A stretch of 64,000 bases of DNA from Marsupella aquatica (GCA_973895155.1 OZ316891.1:21773068-21837067), one strand, 5' to 3'; shown: positions 25,206 through 38,595, numbered from the stretch's first letter. The notes: generated by a model not told the origin, from the sequence alone. Numbers and translations are program-made.

Positions 25206-28200
25206 GTCCACCTCATGTCGAGGCTCATGTGTGGCCTCTTCATCAGAGTCTCAGCGTCCTCAGAACCCTCCATCTCCTCGTCCTCTTCATCAGCATCCTC
25301 AGCGTCCTTCATCTCCTCTCCGTCACTCTCTTCATCTCCTCTATTATCGGAATCTCCGACGTCGTTCTGCGTATCGGTCATCCACTCTAGATCTTGGTCA
25401 TTGACATCCCCATCCGCGTCACCTTCCGTGTCACCTTCCCCCTCACCATCCGCATCACCATTGCTCCCTGCATCCTCAACATTGAAGCCGCAGTCGACTT
25501 GATCTTAATAAAATCAGATCATTTGATAAGAATGACTCACGCGCATATTCGCGTGAAAAGAAATGTTAAGAATGTCCACGCGCATGTTCGCATGATGCAA
25601 TAAAAAGTAAGAGGTTTCAAAAGTAACCTATCTTGGATTGGCCCACTAGGGTACTCCGTTGGTCGAATGTACAATCGATCGGAATCTTCAGAGAGTGCAT
25701 ACTCTTGCAATAATTGATTACAAATATTATCAGGGATATGTTGTTCGTGGAGGACATCCAAAACATCAGCCCTGAGAGCAGTTACGGATGGACGGTACTT
25801 CATTAATTTATCTATACATTTTTCTATACTAGCCCGTACTGGGTCAATCAATGACAGCGTTGTATCAATTGTCACCGTGGTGTGTTGCAAGAAACAAGAC
25901 AACTCCCTATGCATTGCCACAAGGCAGTAATATTTTACATTGGATCCAGCATCCTGTAAAAAAAGCCAAAATTAGTTCACAATATTAATTGAGAATATAA
26001 TAATCTAAATAATCTTAAAATCGAAACCCCAAAATATAAATCTCAAAACTTACCATCAAGCACTGGATCAAGTTCGTTCCCTCACCGAAGCATAGAGCCC
26101 ATTCCCCACATTGGACGAATTGACTAACAATACTTTCAAAGAATGGAAGTATCTTTTCTGGGGAAGGTGTCGTGAACTCGCCGCTCTCTTCAAGATTGGC
26201 TATCTTCTCAATCCGATATTTGGAGACCAATTGGAACTCGAGGGCTTGTGGATCGCCCATTGTGTTGAAGGCCAAGCTGTGAAAAGCGTAGGTTACAATA
26301 AGCTTCTTCTCCTTCGGCCGCTTCTAAATATAATGGCTATCGACAGCAACGTAGTGTGTGTACTTCCCTAATTCCCATTTGATTAAGTAAGACTCAATGG
26401 GAGAGGCTACAATAATAACCACATGGTGTGGTTTTGCCCCTATCTCGCTAGTAGCACGAAATAACCCCTCATAGAATGAGCAATTTGGCGCACGCAAATC
26501 TCCCATTGATGAGGGATCAAAATAAATCAAGCTCGCAAGGTTCTTGTCTTCACGTATGATACAATCCGCAAACCCAGCATTTTGTATATCCTACAGGGAT
26601 CGCAATTTCAGCCTCTCACCAACCGGCCGCACTAGTTGGTTTCCTTGACTATCAACTGATTTATGTATTCCTTCCACCAACCTGTAGAATATCGGGTCGA
26701 TCTCTTTCAACAAATTATCATTATTAATATTTACATTTAAGCACTTCTTCAGATAACCACTCAACGCATCTCTCAACTGCTTCAACACCATCTTGTCGAG
26801 CTTAAAGCGATCAATCATTCCTTTGACCCGCAATTTCCGCGCTGAATCTGTCAGACTTTTCAGCTCCGTCCGGGTGGATGTATTCCCGTTGAGTTTACTC
26901 AATAATAAAATCTCAAACTCAACTTTCGTCTTCTTCTTTATACATAATTGCTCCAAACTCATGCTAGTCGTTGACAACATTGGAGCCTCAGAGGACTTCC
27001 TCGCCTTCCCAGATTTCACTTTGATGCTTTGGTTTTTGAGTATAGACAGTCTTCCGCTCAACATATATTCTGTTGCCTTTCGAAGAACCGAGTTTGAGCA
27101 CCCTTGACAAGAATGGAACGTCTTCTTCAGAAAGATGATAAGCACATGGATTATCCGCAATTTTGACGGCGTCCCTCTGTAAAATTCCGTTGTAAATTAC
27201 AAGCTCTCCTGTCCTTGATAGTTTGTAGACCTCCATCCACTTCTTGAATGTTTTGTCCTCCATGTAAAGAGAAACAGAGCCAATTCTCCAAATTTCATCA
27301 TTTCGTTCATCCCCATTTGAGCCCATGGGCAAACAAAACTCTAGCTCTCATAAATACCTGAAAAACAATGGAAACATGACAATTCTAAGATTGACGCGAC
27401 CGTTCGCATGAGAAAAATTCTAAGCTTGACGCGACCGTTCGCGTGACAAAAGTTTAAATGATAATGTGATCGAAGAGGATTATTTATATACCTTCCAATT
27501 TGGATGATGATAATGTGATCCAGGCCGCCCAAATGAGTTCCAGATATTACGACACTGTTGTACAATGGTGAGAAACTGTCCTTCCATTGATGTTTGATGA
27601 CAGTGGTTCAGAGCTTTCGATAATCCCATCAAATGAACATTATTGTCGTTGTTGAGCGTTGCCCAAAACATTACAGCTTCTACAGTACCGCAAGCGTCTC
27701 GTACAACTTGGCTGACTTTGTCGTCCTCTTTCAATCAGCAATTTGTACGCCATTATTGTGTGCTGGCCTCCGAGTATCCAAAAATGACTGGTCATAATGT
27801 CCTCCTCCTTTGGCGCCGAATCGTAGGGCGCCCCATTGTAGTCAAGATCTCTGTCGGCCTCCGACTGAACCCACTTCACAGGGACTAAAAAGCAGCATCG
27901 CTTTTCAAACTTTATAGTCGAATGAGAGAGGAGTGAATTCTTTAGCCTACCTGTGTAATCATGATTCCACTCTCGGCACTTGATATGGTCCGGTGCAAGA
28001 TGACAACGTGATGTCTCAACAAAAAATGACTTGCTGTTAAATATATTCACAGCACTATATTCTTTGAGGAAAGAATCGAATAGAGCCCCGACATTCGCTG
28101 AGGTAATTACTTTCGGAAGATTCTTCGCCGAGTATACTTTAACCTTGGTCACTGGCGGGGCCTTTCCCAAGCGAAATCCCTGGTTGAAAGGAACTCTCTA

Positions 28201-28749
28201 GAACTCAAGTACGTCAATAATGTATTGACAAATCAAATCTCCCGTTGATCCCTCTGGATCGGAAGGATATCCCACACTAGTAACCTTTTCCAAGGCGTGC
28301 CTTGCATCTAGAAGATCATCGATTTTGGACTGATTGAAGGTTACGTATTGCGTTTGATCCAAACAAATGCTTATTTTGTCCTCTTGCTGGTCGTCGCTAA
28401 CTAGCAGAACCAATCCCTCTGTACACTCTTTAACTTTCATGTTCTTCTCAAAGAAACACCCAAGAATTTGTGATCTCTCCAAAACTGTAGCTTTATCATT
28501 TTTTGCCACCACAAGACGGACAACCTCATTGCGAACAACTATTCCAAAATCGGATATCTCAGTCGATTCAAAGAGATGGATACTCTTTGTCTCCGTTGTT
28601 CTCTCTCTGATTGACTTTCCTCGATATGCTTTAGATGAATCTCTTTTCCGCTTTGAAGTTCCGGTAGGATCCATTCTGAAATAGACAAATATTGAAAGTT
28701 AAACGTTTATTATAAAATACTAACACGCGCATGGTCGCGTCGTGCCGAA

Positions 28750-29220
28750 TTACATTTTAGGAACGTTTATCTTGACCCAATCTTCTCGCTCATCTTCATC
28801 TAACCAAAACCAAAGGTTCCTAAATGTGTCAAGTTTAGATCCTTCAAATCCACCCAGAATGTCCAGTGGCGGGAGAGTTCTGATGGATTCTGTAAATCTG
28901 AATGCTACACTCCGTGAAGGCAAATGCCTTTGAAGCGATTCATATCCTGGTCTATCAGTGAAGTCGTAAGCTACCAAGGTGACCGTCGCCCAAGTACTAC
29001 TATAAGTAACTATGTGGCACCACTCCTTACTAACTGTTCGAATGGCGATCAAGTCCATGACCCGATTTTTAATCGCATTATCCGAAGACAGTGGAAAAAC
29101 TCTTTGACTAATGGCCAAATATATTTCTCGACAATATCGTCCGGAAGACCGGGTATCAGGTCTTCAGCTTGACTCCATATCATGTTTTGGTTCATAACCT
29201 TTGCACGTGCAATGCGCTCC
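28750..29220 (-). pseudogene. F-box-like ORF 1 (frameshifted)
   Basis: IPGLPDDIVEKYIWP upstream, then DLIAIRTVSKEWCHIV. Confidence 0.55.
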
Positions 29221-29468
29221 ATCATCATTTGATGATGAGATTTCGATTCATGTCAAAGGACTGCAACATAATATGGAAAATATTAAGAACAAGAACCTAT
29301 CCATTAAGAACTGGGACCACCTAGATTCTGAGAAAATCTACCAAACCTTTTGATTAGAACATCTCGTTCTTCCTCATCTAAATAGTTATATTTGTTCGTA
29401 AACAATAAGATTTTGTCAGAAGTAGTAGTCCCAAGAACAAATATTTCTGGAAGCATAGAAATATCTTG

Positions 29469-29870
29469 TCAAATAACTCGACAGATTGAGTCAAACTCCA
29501 ACTCGTCAGTTTCAGGTATGTAGTAAAGTGCTTCATTTGCGTCATCGACAATCCGGTTTGCTTGTTTGAGGATAGCCCATAACCTTGTATTTGTAACTAA
29601 AAAGTTCCACTTCTTGCTACAAGCTCCAAGCTGAATAAGGTCTCGGACCCTATCGATAACCAAATCGTTATCGGGGTGTCGATATCGACGCAATCCTTCA
29701 ATTGAAATAAAGTGTTTGTAGAGTATTGGCCAAATGTTTGAAATGACCAAAACATCTGGTATTCCTCCAATGAGACTAGAGGAGGTTTCATCCAGCGTAT
29801 CCCATATTGTTTTCTGTTTCCTTTCATGAGATGAAAGGAAATCTCGAGCCTCATTCAAAAGTTGGCTCAT
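29469..29870 (-). CDS. F-box-like ORF 2
   Basis: LIGGIPDVLVISNIWPIL...IQLGACSKKWNFLV. Confidence 0.6.
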   Translation of the reverse strand: MSQLLNEARDFLSSHERKQKTIWDTLDETSSSLIGGIPDVLVISNIWPILYKHFISIEGLRRYRHPDNDLVIDRVRDLIQLGACSKKWNFLVTNTRLWAILKQANRIVDDANEALYYIPETDELEFDSICRVI

Positions 29871-29935
29871 CCTGCTTTTATCATATCACAAAACATTGTT
29901 AGAAGACATATGATGCGCTTGGTCACATAAGTTAA

Positions 29936-30487
29936 CTAGAATTCCTTAAAAGCGTAGATGTCACCCTCAAGGTATCCAACTTTGTGGCATCTGACTATAA
30001 ATTTCCATTTTTCAAGAGGGTGAAGAGCATCGTAAGTCTTCGTGAAGAGTTCCCTAAGATCTCTGGACATTGACCCCATGAATTTAATTCTTGGGTATTT
30101 CTGGAAGAAACTTTGAACTGTCGATGAGAGAGACTCATTTCCGATCGGTTTAGTAGGATTTCCTGGGAAAGCCAAATCTAATAAACTCAACTTGATTACA
30201 CCCAGAAGATAGGTATTCCCAACAAGGTGGCGCCATCTGCGACACACCGAAGATAGTCCTACAAACTCATCCAATTCCTTTATTGAGAAATTTCTTGCAT
30301 TAGCCAAGGAATTAAAAGACTCCTTGATCCGAGGCCATATCAATTCTGCGACAATGAAATTTGGAAGTCTAGGTAGTAGTATTTCAACAAATACAGAATA
30401 TACCGCCAGTAGACCATCTTGGCTTCTGTCCAAAACGTTAAATATTGGGCATAGATATCTGAAGCTCTCCAGACCAGGTTTGCCCAT
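29936..30487 (-). CDS. F-box-like ORF 3
   Basis: LLPRLPNFIVAELIWPRI...LSSVCRRWRHLV. Confidence 0.65.
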   Translation of the reverse strand: MGKPGLESFRYLCPIFNVLDRSQDGLLAVYSVFVEILLPRLPNFIVAELIWPRIKESFNSLANARNFSIKELDEFVGLSSVCRRWRHLVGNTYLLGVIKLSLLDLAFPGNPTKPIGNESLSSTVQSFFQKYPRIKFMGSMSRDLRELFTKTYDALHPLEKWKFIVRCHKVGYLEGDIYAFKEF

Positions 30488-30628
30488 GACTCTTTTCAGC
30501 CAAATGATATATCCCAGAGATTATTTTCACGCGACTGGTCGCGTCTACAAATCAGAATGTATAAACAATTCTTTGAGAGACTGTGATTTTGTCGGGTCAC
30601 AACGTGACAAATCATAAATGTTGCTTCG

Positions 30629-31353
30629 TCCTCTAACAGAACCAGTCAATGAGAGAGCTACCTCAGACGCGATTGGTCGCGTCAACTGATCCTAAATGGA
30701 AGAGTACCTCCTCTAACAAAACCAGTCAATGAGAGATCTACCTCAGACGCGACTGGTCGCGTTAACTGATCCTAAATGAAACCTTACCTCCTCTAACAAA
30801 ACCAGTCAATGAGAGATCTACCTCAAACGTGACTAGTCGCGTCAACTGGTCCTAAAAGGAACCTTACCTTCTCTAACAAAACCAGTCAATGAGAGAGCTA
30901 CCTTAGATGCGACTGGTCGCATCAACTGAACCTAAACAACTATATTCACTGAACCTTCCTTGTGGAGATTTGGATATGGTACGCGCTCAGTAAATCTATC
31001 TAGTTTCCTTCTCACATGCGACTGGTCGCGTCAACTGATCCTAAAAGGAACCTTACCTCCTCTAACAGAACCAGTCAATGAGAGAGCTACCTCAGACGCG
31101 ACTGGTCACGTCAACTGAACCTAAACAACTATATCCACTTAACCTTCCTAGTGGAGATTTGGATATGGTATGCGCTCAGTAAATCTATCCTGTTTCCTTC
31201 TCACACGCGATTGGTCGCGTCAACTGGTCCTAAAAGGAACCTTACCTCCTCTAACAGAACCAGTCAATGAGAGAGCTACCTCAGACGCGACTGGTCACGT
31301 CAACTGATCCTAAATGGAACCTGACAATCTTTTCACGCGACTGGTCGCGTCAA
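30629..31353. repeat. Tandem array (80-bp unit, ~190-bp higher-order unit), each unit carrying ACGCGACTGGTCGCGT
   Basis: Motif at 30667, 30747, 30827, 30907, ~31016, ~31096, ~31205, ~31285 and ~31335. Confidence 0.9.
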
Positions 31354-32514
31354 CAGCTCAAACAACTTTTGGACACTATGATAATACAGTGATACAACTG
31401 TGATTACTGACCCGTATGGACAAGGACATCCGAGTAAGCATGATTTCATTCATTGGTATTCATTCATTGGTATTCATTCATTTATATTCATTCATGAACT
31501 TTACAATAATTCAGATGTTTGAGCTCTGTCATTGTGAAACTATTATATATCAAAAGTTTAGAGAATGATTCAGCAAAGATGATTCAATTTAGCAATCTAC
31601 TGGTTGTATTCGTCAATTAAAGGATTCAGGGTAATGAGATTCACATAACATGAGAGTTTATATGATTAAATTCACAGCGTGCAAGTTTGTGATGACTTAC
31701 TTAAGACGATTCAGGTTGTATTTTAATTAGTGAGTTTGTATGATTCAGACATATTTGAGTTTATAGACAAATCGCATTATGAAAACTCAGCTTAACAATC
31801 AAGAGAAATTTTAGCAAACAACAATCAAGAGAAATTTTAGCAAACAACAATCAACACCAACAGAAAATGTAGAAATTGCACCTGAATTCTGAAAAATTGA
31901 TGTAATCGTCTGAGAGATTGACGTCCAAGCACTTGAAGACCTTGTTGCGGCATTCCAGAAAGTAAATATAAGATTGAAGATATTGATATGCTAAGCAACA
32001 ACAACACAGCTTCTATACTTCTATACATAGAGCTTCGCTGCCACCAATTGAATAACATGTGCTTAATGCTAAGGAACTCATTATGTTGAGTTAAAAGACT
32101 CTTTCAAAAGTACAATCAAAGTTGTCGATAGACAAACTGAGCATGAATAAAAGCGCACTAAACCTGAAGATTGAAAGAGGTGAAACAAACCTGAATGATG
32201 AATGGAAGGAGCTGAAACAAGCTACCAAAAAGTAGTTCGAGCTACTGAAACACGTTGATCGAGCTGATATGAGCTTAAAATTGGCTGACACGAGCTGATA
32301 CGAGCACTCCCAAAAAACTAGTTGCATCAAACCCAATGGGCTCCTAAGAATCCCTTCGAGCAAACTAGAAGTGAATACGAGCTGTAAATGCGAGCTGCAA
32401 CGCGCCAACGAGCTCCTGGTTGAAACGATCGACAACTACTAAGAGCTGCAACACGCCGACAAGCACCTGACCACAATGAACGAGCTGCAACGACAAAAAT
32501 GAAATCCAGGGCAG

Positions 32515-32916
32515 GAGCGAGAGCGAGAGCAACGAGAGCGAGAGCAACGAGAGCGAGAGCAACGAGAGCGAGAGCAACGAGAGCGAGAGCAATGAGAGCG
32601 AGAGCGACGAGAGCAATGAGAGCGAGAGCAACGAGAGCGACGAGAGCGAGAGCAAGAGCAAGAGCGAGAGCGAGAGCAAGAGCAAGAGCAAGAGCGAGAG
32701 CAAGAGCGAGAGCGAGAGCGAGAGCGAGAGCGAGAGCGAGAGCGAGAGCGAGAGCAAGAGCGAGAGTGAGAGCGAGAGCAACGAGAGTGACAAGAGCGAG
32801 AGCGAGAGCGACGAGAGCGACAAGAGTGAGAACGAGAGGGAGTGCAACGAGAGCGAGAGTGATGAGAGCGAGAATGAGAGCGAGAGCGACGAGAGCAAGA
32901 GCGAGAGCGACGAGAG
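32515..32916. repeat. Compound (GCGAGA)n / (GCAACGAGA) microsatellite
   Basis: Long GAGAGC hexamer run producing spurious RA/LA/SL/SR ORFs. Confidence 0.95.
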
Positions 32917-33874
32917 TAGGCACGCAAAAGTCTAGGGAGCGAGAAACAACAACAATGAACAGTGAACTCGAGACCGTGGGCGCCGACACTAAGGAAGGAC
33001 TAATTAGGGTATTGTTTTAGCATAACCCTAATAACAGCCTAGCAACAGGAAGGTTCCAGATGATCTCCGTACACTCCACCATCGACTCAACAAACTATGC
33101 AATCGTGAAAAAAAGATTACCGGATTCCTTTTGATTTGCCGTACTAAAGGAGATTTCTATTTGATCGCCAATTTGAAATTTAAACCGGTAATTATGCAAC
33201 TGTGAAAGATTGTTAGTGGGAACCCCCGGATCCGTATCTTCACTATATCTGCCAATTCAAATCCAAAATGTGAACGAACAACAACTTTCTCACGATCGTT
33301 CCATCACGTAGTGGAGGCAAACTTCAAAATCATTCCATTTTGGTAGTGGAGACCATCGGATCCGGATCCATACTCCACTCTCTATCTTGCCAATTCAAAC
33401 CCAAACTCTAAACAACGTAAAACGATTCTCACGGTCGGGGAGAACCAATATTCAAAATCAATCCTGTACAATGATTTTCACGACTGGAGACTCAAGCAAT
33501 TTTCAAAATCAAAATTGAGTCCAGATGAACACATCCTTCATGGAGTCAATAGACTGATCTCATTGCTCACGGATCATTCTTCATTTTCAGTTTCTCCTGA
33601 CCAGGATACTAGCTGGGCTCTCAGCGGAGGCTGATCCAAGGCACATTTGAGGTGGAGCAGATTGGATCATTCGACTATTCCAGTCGGAGGCGGAGCTCAT
33701 TCAAGCAACGCTGGCGTAGTTCTTGTTGTATCACCTTCAATCTTGGGGAGAGCACATCTGATCAAGCGGGAGAGTTGTGACGAAGCGAGACGACAAAGAT
33801 TTAGAACCTCCATAGTCTGCCTCATTCATCGAAGCATTCTAGCGGACCAACAAAGAGCGGCTATTCTGAAATCA

Positions 33875-36800
33875 AAGACCCTAGCATCTGTGGTCTAGGG
33901 ATCTTCTCCGCATTCACTTGATACACTTCACAGTCCACACTGGCTTGAGAAACAATTGAACCTTCTCCATCTTCATCAACATCAGAAAAAACCTCCATTC
34001 CCAAGGCATGAGGTCCTTCCTTGTAAAATCGTTTTTGTTTCACCTTTGCAAGTAATGCATCTTGAGCCTTGGAGTTCATGCAAGCAAAAAACTCCTCATT
34101 GGTGACTCCGCTCACCTCCGTTTTCCAAAACTTCTCAGCAACTTGATCATACGCAATGTGCTGCTCAACATCTCTTCCAAGGACTCAACCAGGTCCTTTT
34201 TTTTCCACTTTCTCTTTTTTACCACTTCCATCTCCTTTGAGGATGAAGGAGTCAAAGTAGGCTCCTTTGTTGTACTTCCTCTATCTTCAAATCGAACACT
34301 CCTCCTTGTTGGGACTCTTGATGATGACTGCAAAATAGAGGGTCCAGGCTCAACCTTCTGTTTTCCTTTGGCACGTTCTTCCAAAGGTTCTGACGACTTT
34401 CGTTTCTCCTCCACCATAGAATCCCATAGAGATCCCACTTCTGCAGTGAAAGAAGAGATCAACACTGGATCACTCCAACCTGACTTTCTCCTTACAAACT
34501 CTGCTAGTCTCTTCTTGTCTGTCTATGTTGATGAAGAACTCCCAAAGAAGGTGTAAACATCTGCTTCATGCTCATCCTGATCTCCAAAAGCTGCTGCAAT
34601 GGCTGAAGTATGATGTTCAGTCATTCTTCTCTCCACCAACACCTTCATACCGCCCTTGTTTGTATTTACTGGAATAAGCTCTCCTGAATCATGATAAGCA
34701 AGCTTTCTTATGCCATCATGATCAATGAACTTGACTATTCTCTCTCTCAGAGCAATAGAAAGCTCCTCGCATTCACGCCTTGAGTGCTCGTTACTATCAC
34801 ACCAAATACAATTCCAACTCCTTGCTCCGCCAATGGAACTCCCGGCTCCTGGACCACCTCTTGGTGCTGGTCTCGATGCACCTCCTCCCATCTACTCGAA
34901 GGCTTGGGTGGCAAGAATGGTAAGATTTTTCATGAGTTCAGACAACTCATCCATTTTGTCCATGCTTTTCTCACCCATACCAGTTGTTGACTCCATTTGC
35001 TCCATTCTCCTCATAGAAGTCATAGGTGCAACCGCATCTAGAGCACCTTCATGACTCAACTTCTTTCTTCTATGCTTTTGGCTGACCCTAAGCACAGCAA
35101 TTTCAATCTCCTCCCAAGTTGGTGGACTGGCTCCACGATTTGGGTTCATCAATTCTAGAGCAAGCTCCAACTCGTCTTGAAGCTTCTCATCAGTAGCTCG
35201 GATAAGTAAAGTAGCCTTCTATACCTTGATAACTTCATAACCAATCTCAAGAAGCTGATTGAACTTCTTTGTAAACTCCCTTATCAGCTCTTGAGGTCCC
35301 AACTTCTTGTTTTTATTGGCCACCCAATCAAGGAAAGATGCTTGAGTAACCCGATCTGGATCTTCAAGCTGAAATTCTTCTTTCATTTTTAACTCAAAGA
35401 CTTTTCATGCCTTCTCTCCAGTAGCTCCATCTATCAAGGTAGTAACAATTTCCTTGAGTTCAGGTTCTACTAAAGATACAAACTCCTTGATTGCAACTTC
35501 TACATCAATCTTATGAATTGTAGCCTCCGTCCAGTATCCCTTGAGATACTTGGTTACATTCCGCCCATCAAATTCTCCTTGCTTGGTAAGAACCGAGTGT
35601 AGGTACTTTGTGGTCCTACCAAGCAACTCCTTCTTGTTCTCCTCCATCTCCTTCTCCTTCATTCCATGTAAGTAAGTAGCAATCAAAGATGAAAACCTCT
35701 CCATGTTAGTTGGATTCATCTCAGTTTCCATGATTGCAATTCTTCCCTCTTGACTTAGTAATATAAATAATTTAAGGACTCAAAGTTCCAAAAACATATC
35801 TCTTTCCATCTATTAGAACTTAAACATACACAAGCTAACTTCAAAATCCAGCGGTTTCCCAGTATGGTCGCCACTTATGTCCGGGTGACCGTGTTTTCTG
35901 GCAAGAGCATGTTGGCTCTTATGAAGTTAACCTTGTATGCTCATAAGTTCTACACTAAAATCAAAATGATAATTCTAGTAACAAAGGTAGTGGGTATTAA
36001 GAAAGGTTTAGGTGAAACTAAAATATTGTTAAACCATACTTCACCATACTTGCGGACCAACACATCACGAAAATTAGTTTTCTTACGACATATGATCCTA
36101 ATATCTCCAAGAGAAAATGAAATAGGAATATCATCCGGACTCCTATTCAGATCCATGACTTCAATAAAGAACAAAGATGATGCATTCTCACTCCTCTCGG
36201 TACGACATCACTAGGTATATTATTGGCTCGTTAGAAACCATAACAGTAGTTGCAAACTGAGCTCCAAAATGATAGGTTAGATGTTGCCTCATAGATGGTT
36301 TGTCTAAAAGATGAACTCTAATCAAAAACGGATTACGAAGGGGAAGATCAGGGATAACTCTCTCTCCTGGATTCATGATGGCTCTCCTATTCCTTTGCTA
36401 TCCGGGCCAAAGGACGCCCCACCCCTATATTCTCAAAGAAACCTTATTCCCTAAGGTCTCATCTATAAGTCTACCACTCATTCCTTTGCTATCCGGGCCA
36501 AAGGACGCCCCACTACTATGTTCAAGGCACAAAAGAGCTTCACAACCTTGAATGATAAATATTGCGGAATGAGGGGAGAGTGCCCCTCACCACTTGATTT
36601 ATAGTGCACACCAAGAAGGCATGGATCAAGCCCAAGCACTTGGATGAAGGCCAAGTGTCAAACATCTAATACCTAAGAGTGTGCTAGTACTGTTCATAGT
36701 TGGTGAAACTACTTTTAGTAGGTGGAACTACCATGCGTTGGTGGAACTACTATGCGTTGGTGGACCTACTATGCGTTAGTGGACCTACTGTGCGTTGGTA

Positions 36801-37034
36801 AAACTACTATAGTTGATAGAACTACTATGCGCTGGTGGATCTACTGTGCGTTGGTGAATATTATTGTAGTTGGTGGAACTACTCATATGCATTGGTGGAA
36901 CTACTATAGTCCGTTAATATAGCTAAAGAAGTTTAATAAAATCTAAATTTAATAATCTAACTACTAAATTACTTATATAATCTATAGCATATTAAAACAA
37001 ACAATTTTTTATAACTTAAGAGAAAATCACGACA
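33875..37034 (-). mobile_element. Truncated Ty3/Gypsy element B (5' LTR, PBS and gag; lost before the protease)
   Basis: Homologous to 47287-~50431. Zinc knuckle CIWCDSNEHSRREC; multiple stops. Confidence 0.9.
35878..37034 (-). repeat. LTR of Gypsy B (TGTCGTG...CCGGACA)
   Basis: TG...CA ends; followed by PBS TGGCGACCATACTGGG (35873-35858). Confidence 0.9.
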
Positions 37035-38595
37035 ACGTGATGTATGTTTGTTTTGTGTGATGTCCCATGTATATCGATCTACTTGTTTGAATTTTGTATG
37101 TTGTACTACATCCAGTACGGTCCCTTCAACAAAAATAACTTAGCGTACACAGTAATATATTGTTCATGCATGAATGCTACTACATTCCTTCCATCCTTCA
37201 CCCCAAGACATTTTCAATGTGACAAACAAATCTGCTGCACGTTCCATTTTGGCCACTAGTCATGCGGACACCCACATCGCCAACAAGGAAAACTTTAGAA
37301 CGTATTGTGAGGATCTGGTTTTCCACATACAAGACCAACAAGGAGATCTACAAATACCTTAGTGCAGACTTCAAGTCTAACATAAAAATAAAGGAGAAGT
37401 GCAGATTGTATATTAGGAGTAGAATGCATCATGAACTTTGTGCCTCTAAAATTTGTGTGTCCCAAAACATTGCCTAAACATGAGATGTCTTGGCTAGAGA
37501 CCTTTCTCTTTGAAGTGGTGAAGAATAGAGTCTTGATTTATGTTTTGTTTGAGAGTTCATCGCATTAATGTGTGCACAATCCTGATCTCCAATTGCACGT
37601 ACTTCAAATGCAGGTTCCCTAAGTACTACTGCAAAAAGCGGGGCAAAAAGAGGTGATGATGACTTCAAAAAAATGAAGGTACAGGCAGATGAATATGAGG
37701 TTTTGGCCATTAAGTATGGACAGTCATACCCCAAGTATTCGGTGGAACTTTGTGCTTATGCCTTCAAGCCCACTTCTGGCAGAATTGCAAGTGAGAGACA
37801 TAGATAAATTGGTCAAATATAGGGAGCAGTGTAGTGGGGTAGTGGTTGGTCGTGGAATACCAGAGAGCATCCACCTTATTAAGAAGGTAAGGTGGTGGAA
37901 GCTGAAGTTCATGGAGGCCATGTTTGATGGTGATAAGTCAAAGTTTGCATATTTCTGGGTGCCATTGATGACACCAGTAAAGGGTCTCAGATGGTACATA
38001 CAGTTTGGGAACTTAAAGGCAATAAGTATGCACCGACCTTATCTGAAGTACATCTTGAATGTTGAGTACATTGTAATTTGAAAGCTACTTATGGAATACG
38101 TTTGAGGCATGAGTGGGGCATATCTAGGGTACAAATGGGGTACAAATGAGAATAGGAGTGGGATACGAATGGTGCGGGTGGGGTAATAGGGGTACAAGGG
38201 GGTAAAAGGTTATTTGTGGCCTACTTGAAATTTATACTTTCCCAATATCTTATATTGCATTGTGGACCCTAATTATATTGTCATGTATAATTTCCTGCAG
38301 GGCATGTTAAGTTTTGTTCCAAGGGCATATTGTTCCATGAGCGCCAATCTGGCTTGTAAATTGTGCCATGGGTATTCAGGACTTTCTCCCCAGGGTTTTG
38401 CCATCTTAGGGAAGGCTTCCAACAATGTGGCCTCTAACCTCTGTCCTACCGACAAGCAATAGCTGCTTTCAGAAGGGAAGAAACCTTTGAGATCCCCATC
38501 TGCATCAACGGACCCGAAAGATGATGCAAGACAAGGAGGGGAGGTAGAGTTGTTGTCACCACTCTTGCATAGCCACTTGTTTTCACAGCAGGCAC

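Larger units (their letters stand above)
21967..28674 (-). pseudogene. Multi-exon ParB/Srx-like + MTase-like + acidic/EAAR-AEKA repeats + Ulp1 + FCP1-like gene (locus 2)
   Basis: HFWILGGQHT. GT-AG introns at 26053-25954 and 22958-22873, plus one after WK at ~27491. In-frame TAG stops (28198, 26591, 26324, 22789) and frameshifts. Colinear with locus 1. Confidence 0.7.

Noticed and set aside
24628-25502. Plus-strand Pro-, Leu- and Ala-rich ORFs (extensin-like)
   Set aside because: Antisense shadows of the minus-strand low-complexity exon.
10636-30487. Bacterial contig, prophage or giant-virus insertion as the source of the ParB/MTase-like genes
   Set aside because: The genes have spliceosomal introns conserved between paralogues. 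I saw no capsid, terminase, polymerase or ParA genes.
30629-31353. CRISPR-like array of regularly spaced palindromes
   Set aside because: The spacers are themselves repeated rather than unique, there are no cas genes, and the context is eukaryotic. It is a tandem repeat.
32327-33020. RA-, LA-, SL- and SR-rich ORFs as real proteins
   Set aside because: All arise from a stop-free hexamer microsatellite read in several frames.
20042-33874. Mutator/VANDAL, Helitron or CACTA as the carrier of the Ulp1 cargo
   Set aside because: No MULE transposase, Rep/helicase or CACTA ends around the cargo. The 4-bp TSD and shared motif point to the Sola-like transposase.
35864-36922. Short ORFs in the LTRs (also 47399-48439 and 54681-54884)
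   Set aside because: They lie inside LTR sequence and 19-bp repeats; their recurrence reflects LTR copies, not coding selection.
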